From assembly GCF_009914755.1 (NCBI RefSeq), contig NC_060947.1: 64,000 nt of DNA; one strand, given 5' to 3'. Below the pieces are notes generated by a model. That model saw only the letters and a list, made by a program, of their open reading frames with translations. It had not been told where the DNA came from and did no database searches. The translations under genes were made by a program, and so were the position numbers. This document shows, one piece after another, positions 25,801 through 39,115 of this stretch. Position 1 is the first letter of the stretch, and every line of letters starts with the position of its first letter. This DNA comes from the human T2T-CHM13v2.0 reference genome, Homo sapiens.

Positions 25801-28654
25801 AAATTTTAGGTGTAAACAAAAGAACTGATCTCTCCCTGTGTACAGGGAAATGTACTTCTTGTAAATCCAGGAGTTAAGAAATTCCTGTGGGTTCCCTCTT
25901 GTAATATGCCCCCAAACAGGATGTTTGTTTACAGAGCAGATGTCTCAGGGATTAGAACATGCTTTGCAGAAATCAGTCCCTCTGGAACTATTGCTCTCAC
26001 AAATGAGTGCCTGCCTCTTTGAAACCTGCAGGGCTGCTGTTGTCATAGGAAGAACTATTCTGAGACACTTACTGTTACCTAAGTATAAGGAAGGCTTCAG
26101 AAGGCTTCCCTAAGGAGGGTTATGGCACAGTGTGCTCTGTGACCCACAAATCAGAGGATGAAGCAAAATGGCATTTTTTTTTAATAAAAAAAGGAAAAAC
26201 CACAGTACTTAATTCACTTTCCTGGTAGCTAAGTAGACAGTAAGGCATTTCATTTCTTACAGGCCAAAGGCAACATTTTGTAAATGACTTGTTTGGGGCA
26301 CTAACTGACAGCCTTTTAGTAACAGATAAATCAATGGACCACCGAAAGCATCTATCATCCAGCTAAAGAGTAACGAAGTCACTAAGGATCATTTGTTAGG
26401 GAAATGAAGAATGTCACCCATAGGAGGTGGATGGCCCTTTAATAAGACTTATATATCCTTTCAACATGGATTTCCCAAATCAAGGCTCAGGAATATTGAG
26501 ATGAAAAATAGGCCTTTAAATATGACAGATCTCTAACCTAGCCATCTCCACTGTTTCTGCCAGAAGTGGTCCCTGTGACTACAAAAGTTGCTTGGCTTTA
26601 GGAATATATAACACTGAATGAATACAGATTGCACCTGGGCAGGGTGAGGGGGACAAAGGGTGGAAAGAAGGACAAGGGCTTCTGGTGTCAAGCTAGGGAT
26701 TATGAGATAAGTGCACCTCCCAGGAGGGCCTCGACCCCAGCAACTACACTACAAGCCTCCTAACGGAATGTTTTATTAGGCTTCCTTTATCTCAAAGGAC
26801 TTAATGGAAGACCACAGGATAGAGACATATGGGTATCCAGCCAATGCACAAATCTGGGCTGCATTCTGACTTTGAGCACAGATTTAATTTATTAGCTATC
26901 TCAGTTTAAAAGTTAGATATAACAGAATCTGGAGCATGTTTTTAACTGCTTATATACCACTCAGAAAAGAGTTGTGCCTACTTTTTATGTGCCTAGCTCT
27001 GTGCTGATTATTGTGAGGGATACTACATATGAGACAAGGTTCCCTATCCTCAGGTAATTTTCAACATAGTTGCAGAAATCATACACACACACACACGCCG
27101 AGTTTGTGGGAAATGTCCAGTAAGTGATCTTAGAGAAAACAGATACAGTGGTGGGGAGGTCCTCCCCATTCCACTCCCACCATTCATTCTTCTTTTCCAC
27201 CTGAGTGAAACAGCAACCATCTGGAAGCCTGCCCCCACCATGGCATGTGTACCTTTAGCAGCACACAGCTATCTAGCTTGTCTTCTCACACCTTTTTTTG
27301 TTGTGTCATTCAACTATTCAAAAACCTTTCTCAGCATATTTTGTATTACTACCTCCGATTTCATCTTTCTTCCCTTCCTGATTTCCAAGGCTACACCCTA
27401 CTTATTTATTGTGTCTTCTCATTTCCTCATCAACATGCAATATGCATCCCTACTTCCAACCTTTTACCTCTACTGTTCTTCCTCGTTGAGATGACTTACC
27501 CTTGCATCTAGGTATCCAGTCTTTAAGGCCCATTTCTCAAAACATACCTCCTCCAGTAAGCCCTGACTGTCCACCACAGATTTCTGTGATCTTTTCTTTT
27601 GACATGCTACTATCCTATATTCTGCCCAACTTAGCACCTAATTTTCTTTGGTAGTTTCTGTTGCTATTTCTTGTTTATTAAGGTTATTTCCCCAGTTAGA
27701 TTTCAAGTTCAGAATATTACTGAAGTTTCTAATGAATCACCCAGAATAACCTGTCACTACAGTGATCCACAATTCAATATAGTTGCTAACTGACTCACTG
27801 ATTCAAAGGAAAGGAAGCTGGGACAGTAGCAGGAGGAAGTTGTGTTTTAGAGCCAAGGTTGTAAAATGCTTGCCTCATAGAACTAGTCAAACTATGTGTT
27901 TATTTTTCTTTAGAAAAATTATTTCTGCAGTAAAAATGCTTTATATGATATTTTGCTTTTAGCTTTCTGTATTAACAAGGCTTCAAATGTTGCTTTTAAA
28001 ATTATGACATGTACCATAATATTTTGCATGCTTTTCATTGCTTTTAAAAAGATGATTATTGTTTTGTGCTTTTAGGCTAAATTTATGTAGGAAAGCATTT
28101 CCCTATGTCTGTCTTCTGCCATCCTTTTTCTTTTCCTGCATGCTCTGTTTTCAAGAAGCTAGAAAGAGTTCTAAAAAATAAATCTGAAAATGACCATATG
28201 ACATCCAGTGAATAGGCCCAACAAAACTTCCAGGAATTTTAGGGGAAGATAACAAATGGAACTCCTACAACAAGGAAGACTCAGGTGAGAGCTTTCTAAA
28301 TTGCTTTCAGAAGGCAGCCATAGCACCATCCAGGGATTTCATCTTGGGGGAGAATTGGTTGCTTTGCTCAACCTTGAACCATGCCCAGCTATGTTACCAT
28401 ATATGCCTTTGGCCCCAAAGTGGTACCTGGCAAGAGGTGTGCCTGAATGAATAGAGTCATCCCCACTGTTGGGGGAAAAACAGCAACAATGCCACCAAAA
28501 ACAACTTCAACTACAAAAACAACTGTAAAATATACTCCTCACCCTTAGGCCTTCTTGGCAGACATCGATCATCTTCTCCTCTTCTATGAACACATAACAG
28601 CAAATAGGCATGACCTGTCCCCATATACTGGGCCTTATTTCATATAATGAAGGT

Positions 28655-31400
28655 CATTCATTCATCCATTCATTTTTTGTTCATTTGCTTTTTCATTAAA
28701 CATTGAGTCAGATGCTGTGCTAGATAGGTGCTGGGGTACAAAGGTGAAAAAGTCCCAGTCCCTGGCCTTAAAGAACTGAAGCTCTAGTCAGGGACACAGA
28801 TAAGTTATTCAATGATTAGAGTTTAGTGTGATAAGTGTAATATGTAGGAGTGAGAACTGAGGAGAGGCAATTATTCAAGACTGAAGGAAGGGGTGGTTAG
28901 GGAAGGCTTCCTGGAGGAGAGGATTATTGAACTGAGGTGAGTCTTAAAGGAGGCATAGAACTAGCCATTAAGGAGTGAGTGGCATGCCAGGTAGAAAGAC
29001 CATCATTTTGAAGGCAGCAGGCATGACACGCTCTTAGTTGAGCTTCTATGAATACAACTACAAGTAGTTCAGAAAAACTGGTGCTCTGAGAGTGGGAGAG
29101 GGGTAGAGAAGAAGCTGTGGATGTAAGTGGGGACCAGATCCTGGAGGGCTTATCTATGCCATGCTAAGGGCTTTAAATTTGATTCTGAAGGCAATGGGGG
29201 AATATTGAAGCAGGGCAATGATATCAGATTTGTGTTTCAAAATATCACTCTAGCCACAGGAGGAATCGGGAAGAGGGGGAAAGAGACCAGTCAGGTTGTT
29301 GGAGTCATACAGGTGAGAAATGAGAGTGGCCTGGCTTAAGGGCCACTAATAGCAATAAAAGAGGACAATGCAGAGGGACTATTTAGGGAGGAGAATTCAT
29401 AGAACTAGGCAACTAATCAGATGGTGAGAGGAAGAGCTGGAGAAGGTTGAGTTAGGAAACAAAAGAAGAGTTGTTATTTCCTGTTTTTGATAGAGAAAAG
29501 CACTTAATTAGTTAGATAATTAATGAAATAATTAGGCTTGATTTTGAAAATATTTAGTGTGGGGGTCTGTGAGGCACCTAAATAGAGGTGTTCAATAGCC
29601 AGTTAACTACATGGGGTTGGGGTGCAACAGAGATGTCATGGCCGGAGGTATATATGGAGAATCACTAGTGTCAGTGGGGATTGAAATCATGCATGTGGAT
29701 GAGATGACCCAAGGGAGAAGTGTGTTGATGAGAAGGGATGAAGAGCCTTCTGCAAATGAGGCTGAGAAAGAAAACTGAGAAATGCAGAAATAGACTCTAA
29801 GAAAGAGTTGTATGAAAGAAGGTGGGGGAAATGTTAGCTTCAAGAAGTTCGTGGTCTCAAATGTCAGTTTTGACTGAGAGGTCCACACTTGTAAGGACAG
29901 AAAAGTAGCCATTGGTCAAGGAGGAGGCTAATTTGTGACTTCAGGGGAGTCATTACACTGGTTTGAGGAGTGAGAGCTAAGGAAATCTAGATTACCTTTT
30001 CAAGAAGTTTAACCTAAAGAAAGAAAAGCTAAGACTATAACAGCTAGAGAAGTATGTGAAGAAGCAGAAGCATTTTAATTTTTAAGGACAATAGTGATCT
30101 CAGCATGTTTTTTAAGCCAAAAGAGAAGTGCCAGTAGAGAGGGAGAGATTGAGGATACAAGAAGAAATAGAGCATAATTGGTGGATTCACTTTAGGTAGA
30201 AGGTGGCAGGAGTGAGACAGGAGAAGAGAAGAAGATGCTACTGCTGGAGATAAATTCATAGGGGCGGGAGAGAAAGTGAAATCAAAGGAATAACTGAAAA
30301 AAAAGGAGTCCCTCCATTTATCTCAGTGAAGTAGAAGGAAGGTCATATGCTGAAAGTAAGGGAGGAGGGGGTAGAGCTGAAGTTAGAGTGGAGTTCTGAA
30401 TTTCTGGAATATTGGGTGTGGTGATTGGAAAAGGAAGTTGGCAAGGGGTGACGAAACTATTGTCAAGCACCATTAATGACCCAGCTATCATAAGCACCAA
30501 CCAATCTGCATGGCTGTGTGATTTCCCTCCAGCAACTCTTGGCAGCCTTGACATAGAAGTGGAGAGCTTTCATGGTTGGATTCTATTAGGGTAGGGTTTC
30601 ATAGGACAATTATAACAAGAAGTCAAAGAGTGAAATTTTCCAGGACAGAAGCATAAGAGCAATTTACATGCTGGACGATAGAGTCTCAGCCAGAAGGAAG
30701 CTGAGAAATTGGCTAAAAATGGCAGTGACTAGAATGATATTTTGAAACTCAAATCTGCTATTATTGCCTTGTTTCAATATTCCCCATTACCTTCTAGAAA
30801 TGGAGGTCTTGTTGAGATCAAAGAACAAGTAAAATAGGAGTAAGCACTTGAAACAATTAGCAGGTTAGCCAGATGGGAAGCTGAGCTCAGAGAATGAGAT
30901 AACAAGGTTGAATATTGCAGAGAAAGGGTTATTCTGGATAATAAAAAGATCTGGGGCAACTATGGTTCTTCACTCTGGCTGTGCATTATCTCTGGAGTTT
31001 TAAAAATTCATTTGCCCAGGTTTCATCCCCAGAAATCCTGATATAGTAGGTTATTGGTGGGCTCTAGATATTGGTATTTTATGGAACTCTACAGGTTATT
31101 CTGATGTGCAGCCCTGCTTGAGAACCAATGGTTTAAAAGATGGCTGTGGGAATGATTGCAGAAGTGGAAGGGAGGTAAAATTCATTAGAGTTGAGAGAGA
31201 TCAAGGATCCATAAGGAAAGGGTATGAAGGAGGTGTCCATTAATACCCTGTTTCACACAGTGGTGGCAGCACAGAATGTAGGAAGGAAGACTGGGAGCCA
31301 AAGTACTCAATGGAGAACAACGCACTTGGCCAGGAGAACTAGGTGGTGATAATCTCAAAAGAGAGGATTTTGTAGGCAAGTGTAGAAGTACTGATCTCAA
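28655..31400 (-). mobile_element. Long fragmented L2 LINE with an internal MER5-like insertion (~30960-31135)
   Basis: Starts with a TTCATTCATCCATTCAT L2 tail in reverse and has a purine-rich L2-like body; boundaries approximate. Confidence 0.65.
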
Positions 31401-33051
31401 ATCATTTGGAGTAAAAAAAGAGAAAGTCTGCCTTCTCCATTCTCTCAGGACTACAGGCTTGGGATGAGAAAGGGTGAGCAGCCTCCACCAGTCTTATCTA
31501 AGGAAGCGGTACCCTCACTGGATAGTAGAGTCTAAAGTCATTGTTCTCAGTCCCAGCTAAGTAATATAAATACCTGAGGAGTTTTAAAAAATAAAGATGC
31601 CTAAGGCTACCCCAGACTAACTGAATCTGAATCTCTGGAGATGGCATCTCTCTTTTTTTTTAAGTTCTCAGATGAAAATGATGTACAGTGAAGTATGAAA
31701 ACCTAAGGCAAGAGGTGAAGGAAGAGGTAGAAAATGTAGAAAAAAAATGTTTCTGATAGGACAAACTCTTGCAGGTAAAAGAACTGCAGAACATTGGGGT
31801 GGGCATATAAAAGGTGATAGATGACTAGAGGGACTTCTCATTCTTTATGAAGTAGTAGAATAGAGAAAGATGTCAGGATGAGAGATTCTGGAGAGATTAG
31901 CTAGCCCCAGGAATTACAACCAGAACTCCCAATAGATCTCAAGGCCAAATGCTGTTTGCAGTTTGTGGTCCAGGCAGCAATTTGTAGCCTTGTTCTGAGT
32001 TCCAATAGAATATGGGAGGTACACTTAGAAAGTGATACTTTTTTGGACTTCTGCTCTCTGCAAATATCAACCCAGATAGCTGACCAGGTTGAGCTTTAAG
32101 ATAAATGACAAATGCTCACAGAATTTTGCAGGGTGATACAGACATTTTAGTGTATCTAAAAAACAAAACAAAAGAAAAACTGGTTTTCATCTAGGGTCTA
32201 GTTTATTGCTAAACACTTACTGAAAGCTAGAGCTCAAATCTTTTTTTTTTTTTTAATGCCACTGAGTAATAAATAGTTTAACTGTTGAAAACTTTGGTTC
32301 TGGAGACAAAGTGGGGACGTAGATTCAAATCCTGGCTCTGATATTTGCCAGCTGTGTAACCCTGGGTATATGATTTAACCCCAATGAGTCCCACTTATCT
32401 ATAAAACAAGAACAAGACCTGCCTCATATGACTGTTGCGGAGATTAAATGAGATAGCCCCAGATACTTGGCACGTGGTGAGTGTCCCATTCGTGATAGCT
32501 ATTAAGTCTGCAGGTACAAGCTAGTTGCTGGGGAATGTGAGAATAAATAAATTACACTCTTTACTGTCAAGTATCTCAAATTTTAGATAGAGAGGTAGAT
32601 ATGTAAAAAATACCAATCCTATGCTGATGGTACCAAGCTCAAAGTAGACACTGAGTAGTTCTATGGGAGCATGAAAGGACAGGCATTTAACTTTGTCTGC
32701 AGAGGGGAGATAGGAAAAGACTTGCCAAAAGTGAAAAAGCCCAAGAGTGAGTCTTTAAGAGTAAGGACTAATAGGAGTGATCCTCATAAATTTGGGGGAG
32801 AGGGTAAGAAGTAAGACTTTCCAGGCATAGGTATAGCATGTATAAAAGCTTGGAGGTATGAGAAAGCCTGGCAGTTTAGGGAGCATTGAATGTGTATAAG
32901 TAGTGGGGCACATGGCAAGAATAGAGAGGTTGGAGTGGTAAACTTAGGAACATATCATGCAGGCCCTTGGATATCATGCTAAGAAACATGAACTTTTAAC
33001 TTATGGGTAATAGGGGACAGCATTTAAGCATCTTAAAGTCAAGAATGTTAT

Positions 33052-33205
33052 TCAGGAGGCTGAGGCAGGAGAATCGCTTGAACCCGGGAGGCGGAGTTTG
33101 TAGTAAGCAGAGATCACGCCACTGTACTCCAGCCTGGGTGACAGAGCGAGACTCCACCAAACAAACAAACAAACAAACAACAACACACACACACACACAC
33201 ACAAA
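33052..33205 (+). mobile_element. 5'-truncated Alu right arm with (CAAA)n(CA)n tail
   Basis: CAGGAGGCTGAGGCAGGAGAATCGCTTGAACCCGGG; TSD CAAGAATGT(T/G)AT at 33040-33051 and 33208-33219. Confidence 0.92.
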
Positions 33206-36200
33206 TGCAAGAATGTGATCTAGCCACAGAGTAGAGAAATGAATGGAAGTGGATAAAATTGGAGGCAGTGATGCTAAGTGAGAAGTGATGAAGCCTTGGA
33301 CTAAGTTAGTTATTTGTGGGGATGAAGAGAAGAGGATGGATTCAAGACCAGTTTAGGAGATAGAATATACAAAACTTGATGATGAATTAGCATAGAAATA
33401 AAGGAGTGAAAGATGACTCCCAGATTCTTGGTTTGGGCAGCTGGGCCAGTGCTGGATTACTCAGGAGCCAGAACAAGCATTTGTATATGGCATCTAGTAA
33501 ATCTGAAGTACCCAAAATGTGGAAACAGTTTAATTTTGAATATATAGCTTAAAAAAAAGACTCAATCACCATAGGAACATCAGAAATTTTGCACTTCCTT
33601 AATTGTTTATGCCTTAGTATTGTTTTTATTTGAATTGCATATTGGAGAGGAGGATCATAATTTTTTTTCATTGCTTAGAGCCGCCTAAAGGAGGAGGAGC
33701 CTAAGGCCTTGCTTCTTCTCTAATCTGCGTGGTTAGTGGTATCATTTCACTGTGATAGAGAACACCAGAAGAGGAGCAAACTTGGGCTTCCTGCCTTTGT
33801 TATGCTTAGCCCTGAGTGAAGAAAATTGCATAGTTAGGCTGATAAGGCATTGGCAGTCTGGTGGCCTTCTAGGAAAACACCATTAATCCAATTCTGCATG
33901 TAACTCAGCCCAAGTGGAGTGTTGAGTCAATTTGCTACAAATATTTTGCCAATACTAATAGAAAAGTTGGGAGAGTTTATTTGCTGACAAGAGGGGCCAT
34001 GAATTCAAATTGATATAAGATTTGGAGGTACAGATTAAGGTAGGGGCTCTTAACTCAGAGTCCAGGAGAATTATGAACCTGTGAAAGTATATGTATATAG
34101 TACATTTTTATGGGCAGAAGTTCCATAGCTTTCTTCAGATTTTTCAGAAGATTGACCCCAAAAAGCTTACCAAGAGCTAATTACTGTGAAGTGAATGAAA
34201 CTGCTCCTTCAGAGTTACTCACTTGCCTGGAACCCTTCCAGGGCCCTGGAGGGGCCCCGGTACATTTGTATTTGTAATTTTATAATGTCTTTTACTTAAA
34301 GGGAACCTTCCTCTCAAATTACATGAAGTATTTGGTCCCCCAACATGTGGATCCACCCCTGCCAACCACAGATTAGGGAATTACCTAACATGAGTTAGTA
34401 TTTGGGAGTGGAGGCAATCCAATAGAGAAAGAAATGTAGAAGGCCAAAAACTGTACTAGCAAAGGCAAAAGCAATGACAATCAAAGAAAGAAAGGTCACT
34501 GAGAAAGGAGGAATGCCAGGCCACATTGTCAAGGAAGTAGAAAGAGAAGTAGCTAGCCATGGCCAGCATGGGTGGGACATCATGAAAGAGAAAAAGTAAG
34601 AAAATGATTACAGGAGTGGCTAGGACACCTTCAATAGAGTGATGACACCAGAGTGCCTTTCTGAACAAGTAAAAAATGGTAGTTGAACAAGTATAAATGT
34701 TAGCTATAGTTCACAAACATTCAGGGGAAGTAGAAGTACCAACAGAAAACTCTAAACTTCACTGTTAGGATAATATTCATGAATAAAGTAGGCTCACTGT
34801 AAAAATGGAATCTGTAATGAGGGTAAGTTATATGGCATATATGTATTTTTTCAAAATGAATCCTAAATGTGCTCCATGGCCAGACAAAGGCCTTGGGTGA
34901 CTCTTGTTCCCCTGCTCCCAACCTTTCTTTCCTGATCCTGTATAGTTCCTCTCACTACTTCAGTTTTCTTATTTCTGCCCCATATCTCTGTCCTGTGGCT
35001 GGAGATAAGGAACAGTGAGAGAGAGTGGAATGAGACAAGAAGCCATAAGAATAGCCTTTGAACATGAAAAGTTTTGAATTTAAAATTTATCATGGGTAAC
35101 CCACAAAACCAATAATCCATATACGGTTGAATGTTGTCTGTAATTCAGGCCAAGGCAACATCTATTTGAACCAGAATGTTCTAAATTGACCGCCCTGGCA
35201 ATTCTGAAGTTGATTGGTCTTAACTGGGTAAACCTGGTTCATGCTGACTTGCCCTGTATTAGGAGGGTGAGTACTATTTTTTTCAGTGTGAAATGCAGCC
35301 TCACCAGAGATACATGCTCAGATCTGCTAATAAGTGTGTTATGGAAGCGACTAGATGCCATTTTAGAGTGTTTCCACAGTGACTTCCTCCTGGGAACTAT
35401 TTCCAGATAGACTATAGTTCTCAACTTAGTTTATTCAGTGATTATATCTTTATAGGCTTTTAAATTATGAGCTACTGATACATTTATTTATAATTATGTA
35501 ACTATGAAAAATCTGCTACTTGAAAAAGACAATGATTTTTGAATGGCTGATATGACAAAATATAATGGAAACATGGACAAATAACTACAAACTAGAAAAA
35601 CTAAACCAAAGAATGGCTTTAAGTTTTCTGAAAACTAAATAAAATTAATTCAGTAAAAAAAGCAGCAATTTGTAGCTTTTTACTAGCAAAGTGCTGGGTA
35701 GGAAATGATTGAAATATTTTTAATAATAAAAAAGGTTTGTAACATAATTGATTTGCAGTGGTATTCTTGTTAATAGAAGAGTCTATTAAGATATGGTTAA
35801 TAATAGAAACATGTTAAATTAAATAAGTACCAACCACTTGATTATTAGCTATCGTTAACATAGAAACAATTCACAATATCTTTATTGAAAGCTGAAGTGC
35901 TTTTCTATTCTTTCTAATAGTATGCCTTAGCTTGACTTGTATATGATGAATTTCTTCCTTAGTAAGTGATATTTGATTCAACAAAGCCAGTTAAACACAA
36001 TATCCCTAGATATCTCCTGGTTACACTGGTAAAAGGCATAAATCAGTTTGAATGAGAGATTTGTTTCAAATGAGTTTTGGAAATTTTGAATTATTTGGAT
36101 ATGACATTTGTCATCACCCTCTTAGCTACTTCTGCAAATAATTGGAATTTCTGGAGTTAAGTGTTGTTAAAATTGTGTTGGAATCAATTGTCTTTCAACT

Positions 36201-36288
36201 TTGTAATTGTTTTGATGAACCTAATTGTACAACTTGTGGATGCCAAAACTATACCCCAAATAAATACATGTTAACATTTTGCCTTTAG

Positions 36289-36389
36289 CCAATAAGAAGA
36301 AGGAGAAAGAGCGCCCAGAGATCTCTCTTCCTTCAGACTTTGAGCATACGATTCATGTGGGGTTTGATGCAGTCACCGGGGAATTCACT
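36289..36389 (+). CDS. PAK3: PAK3 CRIB (Cdc42/Rac-binding) exon
   Basis: tttag|CC... gives (T)[33 protein letters not shown]; 101 nt, phase matches the previous exon; donor GTAAGT at 36390. Confidence 0.98.
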
Positions 36390-39052
36390 GTAAGTAAGCT
36401 CCTTGTTTTGTTTTGTAAGCCACGAAAGAATTCCTTTGTGAAAATAGTTTTCAAGCAAGAATTGCCATGTCCCAAAATGTCAGACTTAATATTTTTGATG
36501 GTTCCAAATAAGATGGACATTGCCTAGGCAATCATAGATGGAAATAGAGGATGGCAACAGCATTGACCAAATTATTTTGTCCATCTTTTAAAAAAGTTTG
36601 ATCACTGTATAGTCTCAACTTGGTTGAAAATATTAACTAACCATGGCACAGAAGATGTACTCCTGGCAGACAGATACTGCCTGAGCTTTTTCTTTATCAA
36701 GTGAATGGAATCAGAGAATCATCTACTCACCTTGGCCAGTGAAAATAATTCATCTGAATAATTCAGGCTTTACATTAAAACCTAGAATACCCAGATCAGC
36801 TAACTACGCTAACCAAGAATCTCTATGGAACTGACCTGTTTTTCCCTTTGATTTCTAGAACATAGATAAGTTTTACAATTTTTAGTAGGTATATTTTGTA
36901 GATTTTCAAAAAACAAACCTTATATTTCAAGAAGAAATATTGATGGATATATCATGTATGTTCTAGTTGTTTTGGGCATCTCTCTCCTCTCTCTCTAGAT
37001 ATCTCTCTCTAGAGATGTCATGCAATCCATAGTACATACCAATAAGAATTCGCTGGACAGACCATAGCTATAGATCAAGCCTTTTGCTGAATATTTGTAG
37101 TGCTCAAATAGCACAAGATCTCAGATCTATGGAATTTTATACTTTTCTTTTTTAAAAAAAAAGAACTGGTATCTTTTTTATTTTATTTTATTTTAGCTCA
37201 AGGAGAGAAAAGATGTGGCTATTGCTAGAAATATGTCCCCAGGAAGGTCAACTACCTTTTCCCATACTATTAGTGAACTCCATCAAAATGTACATTCTGA
37301 AATAAGGAGTAATTTTGAGGGCATTTCAAAAAAAATCTTTGATAGAGCCATCACCATCAATTCTTGGGCTGTTAAACCAGAGAGAAATTTACATATTAAG
37401 TAGTTGAGTTTTTTGTTTCATAACATAGTAGTGAATAGACTGTGTTATATGATTAAGCGGAAAAAAAGAAGGAACAAATTAATCTATGTGGAGAAGCAAA
37501 CAATGTTGCTGAATTGACAGTCAAATTATCTTATTTCTTCAATTCTGGAAGTAAGTGATAGGAGAATGGAAATGGAAACAGTAAACACCTTGGCCTCATA
37601 AAGTGGTGTAAGCTGATTATTTCTGCGTTCTCAGTAGCAAGCAGAGGAGAACGTTAAGAAATATTGACACATAAAGTGGAGATAGGTAAGATTTAACCAA
37701 TTTCATCATTAAAGTCAGAGACATTACTCAAATGGCTTTGAGTGTGAACCCATTCTTTACTATATTTGCAGAATATTCTCTTAGCCACACTTAGATACTC
37801 CAACCTTGCTATTATGACTACCACCACCATCATCACCACCAGAAAAAAACGTAATTTGTATAACCTGAAAAACGTTCTATTTTTAAAAAATTACAAAAAG
37901 ATTGTAACTATTTTTGCTGACACTTGAAACAAGAAGATCCCTTAAACTTTATAAAAATTTTGCCTAATAACTCTTCCCTTTTTTATTAATTTTTCCAGCT
38001 TTGACATTTTAATGTTCTCTGTGCTTTTCCTCATTTAAACTACTATTGTGTTTTATTGTTGTCATTCACTATTTTTCTTTTCTTTTTTCTTCCTTTTTGT
38101 TTTCTGATGTGAAAATTTTCTCATCCAGTTATCTCATGTGATATTCTAGTTGCTCTCCAATATTTTATTCTTTCCACTTTTCAAACTTACTTGTCATCTT
38201 ATGATACAGTATATCTCTAGCTCTTTCATTTATCATTCTGGATTCTGAATGGAAATGAAAGAAAGTAAATCACCACCATCTTGCTGACTGCAGCACCAGT
38301 CATTTTCAATTTGCTGTCAATTAGAACCCAAAGAACCCAAAGTGATGGACTATCTTTCCAATGATGAAAAACAGTTGGATACAACCAAACCATATGAAAC
38401 AAATACTCCTCTCCCTACTAAAAATATCCCCAATTTGAAATAAGATAGCTGTTCGGAAGTATTCCATTGTTACGAATCCATTGAATATATAGAAAGACAT
38501 AGGCTAAATTTGGAAAATGGAAGTACTTTATTGTCATCCTGATGATCTTTTGTAACTACTTGTTCATACATTATTCTTAAAGATGCCAAATTCTGCCCTT
38601 TTTGGTACTTTTTTAACCTGTGATTTACATTTACTATATTATTATGTTTATTAAATGTAAACATGCCAAATTATAAAAAGCTTTTAAGAAAGTCTTTTTA
38701 TTGGTAGGATTTAGAATTGGGTCCTAATTGTCATAGCACCACTAATTTATTGTGTGTTGGGAGGGGATCATATTAAGTTTGATTATCGTGGTTGTTGAGG
38801 TTGAATTTTGTGCAATTTGCTGAACTATCTAATCCAGTTGTCTTACAAGGGCTTGTTATTTTGAATATTTGGACACTGATTTGCTGTGTTGCTTGGTGAT
38901 TACTCTTTGGCTAATTGGCCCATATGACCTTGTATACCTGGTCATACACTTGGACCCTGAAGCTAAAAGTAGGTTGGGAGGTGAGATTTTTGGTATTCAA
39001 TGATTATAAGTCCTCATCCTTTATATTGCCATTTTTGTCCCAAATACTTCAG

Positions 39053-39115
39053 AACTCCCCTTTCCAGACCTCTAGACCTGTGACGGTCGCTTCAAGTCAA
39101 TCAGAGGGAAAAATG
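39053..39115 (+). CDS. PAK3: PAK3 alternative cassette exon c (63 nt, 21 aa)
   Basis: cttcag|AAC...ATG|gtatga; NSPFQTSRPVTVASSQSEGKM, phase 0-0; matches the known PAK3c insert. Confidence 0.92.

Noticed and set aside
34237-34252. Palindrome TCCAGGGCCCTGGA
   Set aside because: Short, and probably part of a decayed DNA-transposon fragment.
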